Shown here: positions 36,952-48,600 of the stretch, piece by piece | Layout of the letters: each line of letters begins with the position of its first letter | Position numbering within the stretch: position 1 is the stretch's first letter | Source: Oculina patagonica | Lineage: Eukaryota | Direction: 5' to 3' | Length of the DNA stretch: 64,000 bases | Assembly (NCBI RefSeq): GCF_052425735.1 | Contig: NC_135770.1 | Span: 6,262,001 to 6,326,000 of the forward strand | Program-made: the position numbers and the translations under genes | Notes under the pieces: model-generated | The model's database searches: none | What the model was told of the DNA's origin: nothing | Seen by the model: the letters and a program-made list of their open reading frames with translations, nothing else

Positions 36952-39438
36952 TCACATGTTTCCTCCAAATAATTCTCCAAGTTCTTCTTGGTCGTAGGAG
37001 TCGTTTTTCGCAAGCTCAGTTTTTACCCAGTCGATAACAACACCAATCTTGAGACCCTCATTAGCAATGTACTTGAACCCTTTGGACTTGCGTTTGTCAT
37101 GGACAGAAAGAGCGCACTGATGGATGCCTATTAAGTTCCACATGTCGTCAAAACAGGGACCCCCGGATGACCCATCGTCGGTATCTGCAGTGTAGCGCAG
37201 GAACGGAAGATTATATTCACAATTGTTCTTCTTCAGCGATGAGAACAAACCTCGCTTTTTAGCAACCGAACGATGTGCTTTGTAGCGGTGATGCTCAATA
37301 AAGGATTTGTCGAAGAGCTTCAGGTAGCTATCGTCTGCGTGCAGGATTTGATTTTCGCGTAGAACCACCATTTGTTTTTTGTCCTGAGGGAACTGGATTA
37401 TGTTCACGTGCGTGCCTGGTTTTTCTGAGGTGATCACCCTTTCGCAGTAACCGATGTCACTTAGGCTGGAATTTCCGTCAATGGATCTCTCAGATACAGC
37501 GATCAAAGCGATGTCGAGAGTGTCATCTGGATGAGCTAGGAAGAACCTCTCTGGTTCAAGCTTGAAGATTTCCTCTGTCATATGGTACACGCTACTGCTA
37601 GGATTGACTCTTTCAAATATCACCTTGCCCCTCTTACAAGTCTTAAAAACGTGTAAGGCAGTGAGAAGGAGCCGTTTGGAGACCATGGTGCCCGTCCCTT
37701 GTCCGCCATTCTGCAGGTGGATTTTCCCGATGAACCTACTGGTTTTAAACCCGTCATACAGGAAGCGGTTGCTCTGCAGCTCTCCACTGAACAGGGCTTC
37801 TTCTTTCAGCACGTCTTGCTTACATTCCGTGATCCAATCCCACAGTCCACTGAAAATTCCCTCGTGTGCTTCGTGGAAACGATGTTCGCTCGATTTTTTG
37901 TGCCTAAAAGTAGAACAAGAAAGTTGTTTTTAAAGGGGAAGTATCAGAAACCTTAAAATAATGGCCCAGATTTTTTTTTATAAATTTAATACCACCCAGT
38001 GTACTAAAACTGTCGACGAGTGTCTCTGGCCATAGATGGAATGGGTCGAAATGAATTACAACTTAAAAAAGTCACTCCGACATTTTCAAGTGCTCGCATT
38101 CTTGTTTTCAACTGAGCCTGCGTAGCAGGCGCCGTAGTTTCGAGCGCGCGTATGGGAAACGCGAAAGGCGCGAGGGGGCCACGCGAGGATAAAAATCGCG
38201 CACTCTTTTAAACGCGCTAAAAAAAGGTACACAGACGCCTGCTACACGGGCTAGTTTTCAAAATGCGCTAGAAACAATCTCGCGCCTTTCAAATTCCCAA
38301 AAACTACTAAAAATAACTACACAGGCACGTTCTACGCAGGCTACCTTTTTCAAGAAATTCAAAATTTGAAAACAAGTTAAGGTAATTAAGAAGAAAAAAA
38401 TAATAGAAATCCTTGTGATACTTCCCTTTTAAAACGTATTACAGTCAAGCTCACCTCCCATAAAAGACACTTTACTTACAGTAGGGCCTCTTTATATGGA
38501 GAAACCCTAACCTCCACCTCCCTCATCCCCCCACCCCACCCCCCGCGCTTGTGCCGCGGTCCGACGGTTAATTAATTTTTCAGCTCAATGATGAACATGT
38601 TTGAACACGGCGTAACTTACCTTAAAATCGCATCAATTTGATCCTGATCAGTGTGAGCTCCTAGACAAAATGTATTTATGATGATGAAAATTAAAAAGGT
38701 TATATGGAGAAACTTAAGTTTCTTTAGAACGTCTTTGATTTAAAAATAGCAGGCATTGACCTTGAATTCGATGACGTCACCAGACCACGCCGAATCGCGT
38801 TACTTCCCAAAAAACAACTCATCACGCAACCGAACTTAATCACGCGAAGGTTAATATCCTTCCGCCGTTCTTACCTCGTATGAAACTTGATTTCAACTTA
38901 AACGCTGTGTACGTATTTACGTAAACCGTAAACTTTTGGGAAGGTAATTACTCGTTTTTGACCACATTTTGGACGAGAATGCAGCAATACGAGAAGGACA
39001 ATCGACTGCTCGACATAAATCATCTAAATATCTTTTTTGAACGCGAGATCGACAAAGTCGATTATGTTCTGCTTTTTGATGCTTTTTAATCGATTTGAGA
39101 TTTGAAAGATTGCTTTTAAAAGCAGCATTTTATATTCTTAAATTCCGAGATGCGCGACCCTTCCAAATTGATTTCTTGAATTGACGATCAACAGGATCAA
39201 AGACTTCAGTGTGTACATTCAAAACAACAAATGTCTTGTGTACGTATAGCCGTTTATATTAATAGTATAAATGGCGCTAAAACAGTCTAAAATGAAGCTT
39301 GAAGCGAAACTCAAGCCCTTGAAAACATGTCGTTAAACAACTTTTGATGTGTACAGAGATTACGTTTGTAGACTTTTGAATGAAATATGAATAAAAATTA
39401 CCTTGGTTTGCTTTTGAAGACTCGTTGGGATTCGGCAT
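36952..39438 (-). CDS. Trypsin-like (V8/Trypsin_2-type) serine protease of bacterial type, no signal peptide
   Basis: Exons (minus): 39438-39402 (MPNPNESSKANQ), 38660-38621, 37903-36952, with GT-AG introns in phases 1 and 2. Catalytic triad motifs: GTGTMVS..LLLTALHV (His), LDIALIAV (Asp), YTADTDDGSSGGPCF..W.LIGIH (Ser). Confidence 0.85.
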
Positions 39439-39552
39439 TGTAACAGCCAACTGTGTAAGTACAGTCTCTCTTCAGCTGTATCTTGGAATTTACGTATCAA
39501 TCGGCGAAAGATTCAAAGACTGGAGATATGCAATACGCTTCTACGCCGTCGT

Positions 39553-40590
39553 CTCTTATAACAATTATTTTATCAATGACCCGATTGTATGCGGGAATTT
39601 TTCGGGGAAGCCCCGATTTCGGGGGAAGCCCCAGTTTTCCAAGAATAGCCGTGATATAAACGGTCTGAAGTTCCCGTTGTTCTTGGCAATAATTTCCGGA
39701 AATGATTCTTTGTATGCGAAATGCAGTTTCTCCGTTAAAACAGTGCGTATCTTTGCAATTATTTTATAGTTTGCAATCTTTGTTCCTTTGTTACACCCTC
39801 GCGTGACTGACTAGTTTGATCACGTAACTATCTGGAACTCTTAAGTCCCCATTTCGAGGCGGAAGTGATATCGAATAATCTGAAACAACACCTGATCCAG
39901 CAATTGATCATAACAGAACTTCAAACTCAATTTGGTTCAGTATTTCCTATACCTAGGGAATCGGACTGTTTAATTTTCGTTCTCGGTATTTTAGTGGTAA
40001 TTTGTGCATTTGGTCGTTCTTGTTCAGTTTCTGCCTGTATTCTGTCGCAGGTCTGTATTAAATTTGCCAAAGTTGATTTGTGGGTTCGAAATGGCTAAAA
40101 AAGAAAAAAAAAACTGACTATAAGATTTGATTGGTAAGTCTCTTATTAATTTAAAACTCCTCTGGATCTTTCGGCTCTTGCTGGGATTTACTGTTTCACC
40201 GGTACTTGTTATTCGGGAAAGCCCCGGTTTCCAAGAATCCGCGCAAGATATGTCACTTGTATTTTCATTTTCTTTTCAAAGCGTGCACCTATAGAAGTCT
40301 CATTCTCGATCTAGAAACACCTTCCAGTCACAGTTGTTAACAGTCTTGGTAACGACATATGCGAATAAGCTTTCACTCTCGATAATTCATTTAATGTTAT
40401 TTCTTGTTTCAATGTTAGTTGACATCTAAACTCCTTCAGGTCTTCAATTAGTATGCATCTGTCATCGGCTTCCCCGCGGAACGGGGTTCCCAGACTGATG
40501 CATGTGGGAACTTTCCTAATTGTCTTTTTCAAAGTTTCCATATTTCCCCAACTGTGGGAGACGTTTCTCTAGAAAAGTCCCCAGTATTTG
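39553..40590 (-). promoter_or_regulatory. Protease promoter with TATA-like box and cluster of NF-kB-like and STAT/GAS-like sites
   Basis: GGGGAAGCCCC at 39604-39614 and 39622-39632, GGGAAAGCCCC at 40215-40225, GGGAACTTTCC at 40506-40516, GGGAATTTTT at 39593, TTCCAAGAA at 39637 and 40229, and TATAAGAG on the minus strand at 39560-39553. Confidence 0.55.
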
Positions 40591-40918
40591 TCTATGGCAA
40601 TCATCAAACAGACCCAGGCTGGTCAGCATGACTTAGTAATCAAAACACAGCTCTTTATATTAGGCCCATGTCACAACTGAAAGTTAAATTACAAGACAAA
40701 AAGAATATTGTACCGTCCTCGCATTTCCACGACTTACACCACAAGGATTGGAACATGTTTTAAAGCACCACCAGGCCCCCTCACATATGACCCAGGGTCC
40801 CGGAGCCGATACGGTTGGTTGGGGAGCAGCCCAAAAATCGAGATTAGCAAGAAGAACGGCGAGCGAAAAAAAAAAAAAAAAAATGGCGAGCGTCTTTTGT
40901 TTTACTCGCCGTTCTTTA

Positions 40919-41646
40919 TAGCCTGTGTACAGCCGTCCCCTTCTCCTCAAAATCATCGGGCAAAGGATACTGGAACACGATAAACGACGGCGCAACACAG
41001 ACGTTCATTTCCCTGATTTTTTTGAGGGGAGGGGGACGGCTGTACAAAATGCGCCCAAAAAACTTTATTATTATTATCATTATTATTACACAGGCTAGCC
41101 GTTCTTCGCAATGCTCCCCAACAAACCGAATCGAACGCCTGGAACAGGCCAGAAAGCCGATGAATGCGGAACGATAACAACTATAGCCTGCGAATACAGC
41201 CGCCTCTCATTCGCGTCCCGCAACGAAGAGCGAAACCGTGTTTTTGCTCTTCGTTGCGGGACGCGAATGAGAGGCGGCTGTATTCGCAGGCTATAACAAC
41301 TACTAAGAGGCTGTACACGGAGTTACATCATCCCGGCAGTATGGAATTTTTTGGGTCGAATATCAGATGTATGAAACGCTAACTCCTAAATCTTTGGAGT
41401 GCAACTCAGTAGCCCTTTGTTATATATGGGCTAACCCTTGGATATGGGCAAACGCGCGCTTTGATTAGTTCCTTACTAACACCTAGACTGTGCTTTGAAC
41501 GAAGAAACGACCAATGAAACAAAGGTGACTCATCCTCGGAGTGCCAGGGGCAGCTAGTCGGGACAACGGGATTTTCGGGCGAAAGTTTACAACAAGCCCG
41601 AAAATCCCGTCGTCCCGACTAGCTGCCCCTGGGACTCCGAAGATGA
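40919..41646. mobile_element. Cluster of short hairpin MITEs (TAGCC..GGCTA type)
   Basis: 40919-41097, 41184-41293 (tagcctgcgaatacagccg / cggctgtattcgcaggcta) and 41529-41646. Relatives at 30857-30942 and 38114-38253. Confidence 0.65.
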
Positions 41647-42012
41647 AGGTGACCGAGACTCGTTGGAATTAACGAGTACAATATTTTATCCAAATCATCA
41701 TGTAAGGCTTTTTTGCTCATTTATAAAGTTGTATGCAGTTAGGGTGGTGAGTTTTTTTTTTTTTGAAGCCAAGTTTGCACGGCATTTAAATTTGGATTAA
41801 GGAGGATTAAATGAGGCTTTCTTCGATATGTCAACGGGATCACATTAACTGATTTATGCATATTGCAACTTGGTAACACACGTTTTAGACAAAGCTTTAT
41901 TCCAATAGAAATGTACTGGGGGTTAAGCGCCCACTGTACTTCTTGAATATATAACTATCGAGATTTCTACATTTATACATAAAGGCAAAGAGTTGACCGC
42001 AATATTGTTACA

Positions 42013-42678
42013 TTACCGTACCCAAATTCGCAAGTAGCCAATCAGAAGCGCGATCTACTGTCCTGATATCCTACGATATCAAGTCACTGACCTGATATGC
42101 CACCATATCACGGTCACTTTGAACTGAAAGTAGTATTACTGTACGAAGAATTGAAAAGGGGTTTTACCAATAAAACAGAACTTTAGCGGTGTTTAGCGGT
42201 CGTAAAAAAGAGAAAAACTTTCCCGCCAGAACCAAACTTGAGCGCGCTCGCCAATTGCGCGATGTTTGCCGACGAGCACTGAGACATTCAGACTGAAAAA
42301 ATGGAGTCGGAATTTCCAAATTTTTCGCTTAATTTTGATTTTGAAAATTAGGGAATAAAACTCTAAACAAACGAGGGGAAAAAAGGGCAGAAGAAGAACT
42401 TGGTAAAAGTGTTGAAGACCAAGTCAACAAAATTTGCAGTTTGTACCTTGCAGGCATGGCTTCAACAGAGCGATAAATATAACCGGATTTTTGGCTGAAT
42501 TTGGGTACGGTAAATACCTAATCGTACCTTTTTGGTACGCTTCGGCTGCATATCAGGCTCGTTTGGTCTCGCCATGGGTATTTTGGCTCGACTGCGTCTC
42601 GCCAAAATACGAACCATGGCTCGACCAAACTCGCCTGATATGCTACCGAAGCGTACCAAAAAGGTACGATTAGGTATA
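42013..42678. mobile_element. Helentron/HINE-like element: subterminal inverted repeats plus terminal long palindrome
   Basis: ttaccgtacccaaattc (42013) pairs with gaatttgggtacggtaa (42497), then a hairpin atacctaatcgtacctttttggtacgcttcgg .. ccgaagcgtaccaaaaaggtacgattaggtat. Confidence 0.55.
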
Positions 42679-42697
42679 AGTATTGACCGCCATATCG

Positions 42698-45600
42698 TTA
42701 CAATGTAACCCCAATATGATAGTCATACTTAGCTCTGTTATTTAGCGAAAGATTTTGTTTTCTAAACTTTCTACGAATGCGTCCGGTTTCTACCGCACAT
42801 TTCAAACGCTTTTGATTGATCTTTGCTGTTTGTTGTACATGTCTTAAAGCCTTTGCAGGCTCCTTTTGACTGCTTCTTCTTGAGACCCCTGTAGCTATAG
42901 CTCTGGTTCGCGAAGGGCTAGGCTCTTCAGGGTCTAAATCCATAGGTATGCTTGAGACCTTCATCTGCACGGGCCTTACGGTCAAACAGATTCTTTTACT
43001 TTTTGGCCTGTCTTTTTGAGTTTCTGATGTTTTCTCGTCAATGGTTCGTTTTCTTTTAGTACTAAGCGTACTTGATTGTGAACTCGATGGCTTTAATTTC
43101 TCTTTAGCTTTGCATATTAACTCTTTGATGATATTAGCATCGCGCGGGAGAGGCCGTAACGGAAAGTACGCATGGGCAAATGGCTGCATCCGCAGCTGAT
43201 TGGTCTTAGTGACAGCCGCATCCTGCCAGTTGTTATGCGCAATCCTCGGCCCCAGGCTATCGCCGAATACCTCGTAGAGCTGCTGGTAGAGCTGTAGAGG
43301 ATTGGACGCGTGACTGGTTGAGCTTGACCGGGATCGGGACGAGGCCACGGGGGCTGGGCGCTGAATTACACTCGCCCCAGCCCACGGAGACAGATTGCTG
43401 CGCAGGACTGGGTGTGAGTTGTTGACTTGAAAGCCAAGAGTGGTCATGGGAACGCCATGTTGTTTCGACTTCAAAAGGCATCCAGCGGCTTGCTGTAGGG
43501 AAAAAAGAGGTGTACAGTTGATGATTAAACCTTTACCCCTAAAGCGAATGGTCTTTTTTTTATTCGTAAATTAAAAAATATATATAAACCTGATATCCGT
43601 ATATGATACACCATTTGAAAGTTCTTGATCAGAAAATTTCATAAAACACTTGAACAAATGAGAAGGAAGTTACAGTTTTGAAAGAAATGGGTTAAAACGT
43701 AAAAAAGAAAAAGATTTAAAAAAATTGTTTCTCTCCGTATATAGTAGGCATACCCCTAAACTACAGCTTATTGTGCAGATCTCAGTTTACTGGTTTATTT
43801 TAGTAATGTTGTATGTCACTTATGTGTCAGGCAAAAAAGTTGCAAAAGTTATATGGGTGGTTAATCATGTCACAAATAGGGGGGAGGTACAATTTTATGC
43901 TTTTAACATGCAGATCTTTTGAAGACAAGTGTGGTGACAAAAATTTAAATAAATTAGACAAATATTGACCAAGTTATGGCACACATGCCAACTCGCACTC
44001 TTAGGGGTAATAACCATGAAGCATTGTTTGGTACAATGTTGTTTGGGGCAAGCAGGGAAAAACGCGAGAGCATGGAACAGGCTATCTCCATTCTCGTCCC
44101 TAGGGCTGCTTGTTCCTCTTTGCTGGCTGAGCCTAGCAGGACAAAAACAACTTGAGTGGCTCTGGGGCCTGGGGGCACATGATTTGATTGGCTGGATTTT
44201 AACAAAAGAAACAGCCAGTGAATTGAGCCGTTTTAAAATCCCTTTGTTTGTATTGGAGTTTGAAATGGTTGATTTTGCTGGCTAGATTTTTGTTAACATC
44301 CAGCCAATCAAATCATTTGTCCCCATAGCCAGTCCTGTTTCTTGTGCACAGTCTCAGCCGGATTGAGAGGGACAAGCCACTCTGGGGACAAGAATGTGGC
44401 TCACTTCCAAAGACAGAAGGACAATACTGAAAACATAAACGATGAGAGCGATGTATTATGGATTGATTTTATCAAGCAATCAAGGTTTTAGGCTAAGAAA
44501 CCTCTAAGGTTTAAGACAGACAACGCGTCAGCCTGTTTTCTCTAGTTATATTCCTGTTAAACATTCACAATAATTATCAATGAAACCCATGCATCATACC
44601 AGAAGAGCTCCATAAACTTGGTAAGCTTCCTCTTGAAGAGGAGCATTTGATTGGCTGTTATCATCCAACACTTGCTGTAATTGGTTCCAATAGGTCCGCA
44701 GATGAGGCATCACGTATTGTTCTAAGGCCTGAAATGAACAAGGAAACAAATCATTTACACCTCCAATAACCTTTGTCTTTGTCAAGCTGTGCTATTTGCT
44801 AACCGAATAACCCAGGGCATGGCTTCAGTAGATGTCTGCCCTTTACTGAACAGTTGGCATTCTCGAAAGCAGACAGCTGTGTGACCACGTTTTAGTACCG
44901 TATTTTCTCGATTAAACGCGTTTATTTAAAACTTGCCCTGGTTGACTCAGCGTTTATTCGACTTCTGCAGTTTATGTGAGCCATGTGTTTACAAAGCAAT
45001 GGTTTTTATACTTCCAATAAATGTTTAAAGGGGTAATTTACATTTCCACCTTGGAGACAACGTTTTTTCGACTGAGACCTGGCGTTTAATCAAGAAAATA
45101 CGGTGGATGTAAGCGCTACCCTCCCCTCCTCCATCAAGCCCACAGTTTTGATACAATAATTTCACTTTGTCAAAAAAAGATACCCAGACTTAAACAGACA
45201 TTTAGTTTTCTTTTAGTAGTGGCCTATAACATGCAACAAGCTTTGCTTGGTAAACTGAGTGTATTTGTAATATTGTACCTCTGGTCCCAGTTCAGTCAGT
45301 CCTACAACAGCTCCATAATGCGAACAGAAAGGGCGACCATCATCTAACAACACTTCTTGTAGCGTCATGAGCAGCTGTTGTCTCAAGTAGTTGACCGGGT
45401 TGCTACATTTCCTAAAAAAATTCAAAAACCAATCGGTCAACTGATTGGTCAGAATTCCAACTATTGCTAAGCATTAATGTCATCATGCTGAAGTGAGAGT
45501 CCTCCTCACGGAATGTGCTCCCTCCTTCTCAAAAAAGGCTCGGATTTAATGATGCATTTCTTTATAAAGCGTCGCTTTTTCGATAAGTTCCATTCATGAA

Positions 45601-48600
45601 ATACTTTTTACGCAATAATCTTTTGCACTCGTAGCTCCCCATCTAATTTAGATTGAAGAGCTAATTTGAATAAGTGGGAGGAAATTCATTTGTCCAAAAT
45701 AAGCTTCCTTGGGAATGCACTTTCTAAGAATTGCTTGAATATAGTAGACTCGAAAACTGTAAAGGTTTGCCAAGGAGCAACAAGTTTTTATGAAGCTTTT
45801 TGCCACAGAAGGAGTTTGAATTTTGACATGGACCATAGTCTTGTTAAAGCTGCTAGCAGGCAGCGCATTTTACCCTCTGAACTTGACAATGTGAATTTGA
45901 TAAACAGAGCCATCCTGAGGATCTTACCTACTAATGCGAGCCAGAATGTATGCTGCCTCGTCCCTCAGTCGCCAGTGATCGTTTTGTGGATTTAACGAAG
46001 CAGCAAGAGACTCAAGCAGACAATACATGACAGCTGTAACAAGCTGGATTACCTGTTAAACAAACACTGAGTCATAAGTAAGAAAACGTGTACGTGATAA
46101 AAACTGATTGATCATTGAAGTTGAAAAAGTTAAATTAACCACCATGATAATGAATAGAAATTCTTCTAGCTGCTTAATGCTACATAAACCGGGATCATGA
46201 GCTCTGGTCCTGTTGGGCCACTAGCCTTGACAATAGGCTTACAGAGCGTACAGCAAAAACTTTTTTCCATTTTGTTTTGTTTTGTTTTGATTAAAGACAG
46301 TACAATGTACCGGTAAGTGCTTTTTTGTGTTAAGACCTGGAGAGCAAGACTGACTTCAATCCACTGCCAGTATGAAATAACTGTAAGTCACTGACTTAAT
46401 TCACATGCTATGTAGGAGGCATGCTTCTAGCTAGCCTTCTGAAAGAGGGTCAATATAAGAATGTAGGCCAAAATTGTCTGGGCAAGAGTCAAGTTTCTCA
46501 GACAATAACTGGCTTTTGACAAGAGAATAATGAATATTGTAAGTTTTGACCTACTCAATCTGAAGTCTAACCCAGTAATCTCCAGATCAACATGTCTCAC
46601 ACAAACGTAAAGGGGGGGGGGGGGGGGATGAACAAAAGCTGCAATGTTATTTACATTTAAATTACTTTTATAAGTACTGTAAATAACAAATTAAAAATAT
46701 GACTTGGGGTGCGTTTCTTTGGGAAAATCCAAAATTGGATCATTGATCGCAGATCACACGGATACTTTGCTCCCAAAGAAACGAAGAATCCGAAAACGGA
46801 TTTTTTGCCATGACAACCCCGTAAACACATTTCGCACAGAACATAAAATATCAGCACAAATTTATTTTTCGTCGAATGCATCCTAGCTAAAATAATTTAA
46901 GCATACAAAATCTTTACAAAAACCACACTTCGAAGTAGATCTCTTTAGCGTTAAGCACAATGTGGCAAGAGAAAGCATCTGAGAGCGAAAATGATTGCGA
47001 AAGGATCAGTGCAAATTTCACTAGTGACAATTTCAAAAGGATACAACTTCCGTAGGCACACAGTGGCTGTTCTACAAAATCTGTATCCCGTTTAAAATGA
47101 TACTACATACCTATCTGAAGCTACCGTTTCCTTTTATCGTGAAATATTTTTGTATTTTGATCGAAATAACCGCCTTAAACTTTCTGTATGGCAGTGAGCG
47201 AACCTGTATTTTCACAGCAAAGACCGCTGGGCCAAAGTACTTTTTTCGAATCCTTTCCCAAAGAAACGCACGGATCATGAATCCTAAAAATCCGGATTCA
47301 GATATGATCCGATGTATCCACTCGAAGTGTGGATTCTTCAGATCATTGATCCAAGATTAATCCATTTTCGGATATAGGTAAAGAAACGCAAAATCCGTTT
47401 TTGGATCAAGAATCCGGATTTGGATTTTTCCCAAAGAAACGCACCCTTGGTAATATTTAATTTTAATTGCTTACATATGGTTCAAGGAACAGTGACAGAT
47501 TATCGATTAGGGATCTGACCATACTCAGAAGCTTGCTTAGCTGAGTCAAGTCGTGGCTGTAAGTCTTAACCTGAAATAAAGTAGACAAAACATGATTTCT
47601 GGAAACAATAAATTAAATACACATCACTATCATAATAGATGCCTTCCAAGGGGGGTAGCTGTGTCACAATGTTGCATGTTTCTGAGCTGCCATGCCACCT
47701 AGCCAACAGCTGTAAATGTTGCTGTCATTTTTTCCCACTATTGTGTTGCTGTCCCATTGTGTCGCTGTCCGACTGAGTGCCATAATGACGTCGCTTGTTG
47801 TTGTTAAAATGTTCCTGTGTCGTCAGTATTCAGGGTCATGTTGCTTGTCGCTTTTACCCCTTGGAAGGCCTCATGATAATAAAGTTAAATTGCGATACAA
47901 AATATAAACACTCTGCTTAAAATACAACCACACGATGGTTTTCTGTAACAAACAAGAATGGTACAAAATGCACCATGCTAGTGGGCAAGCAACATGTATT
48001 CACTGGGACATCCAAAATGAAGAAATGTCAAGCTTGACTAGTTGAAATTGTGTCAGTTTGAAGGCTGTCACATTCTGACGTCACCCAGCATGGTAGATTT
48101 TGTACCCTGTGACTGATTGTTGCCAAAAGCACACTGTCAATAAATTAGCCATGTTCAAAACGAGCAGGGGACTGGGTACGAATATTCAATATCGTTTTCA
48201 CTGAAAAACTGGGCCCGTCATCTGAAAGAGCATCCAAAAATTAGTAACTCAGCCAAATTTGAGAGTTATTGGTTTAAATGCAAAGGCATGGAACTCTTTT
48301 AAAAATCGTTAAAATAAGAGAGCTTTGTATGGCTGGATGGACAGCTGTCCCTCCAATCCATACTAAGCTCTCTTATTTTAGCAATTTCTAAAAGTGAACC
48401 ATACCAGGGGTCCTATGCGTTTATACCAATAACTCTCAAATTTGGTTGAGTTACTAATTTTTGGATGCTCTTTCAGATGACGGGCCCAGTTTTCCAGTCT
48501 AATCGATATTAAAAACTTCATACCCAGTCCCCTGCTCGTTTTGAACATGGCCAATTGGCACTGCTACATTTGGAAAATACAGTTTTCTCCACTTACCCCT

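Noticed and set aside
36952-37903. Bacterial contamination as the explanation for the protease
   Set aside because: It is flanked by host MITE copies, has phase-compatible spliceosomal introns, and is contiguous with FIBP and TAF6L.
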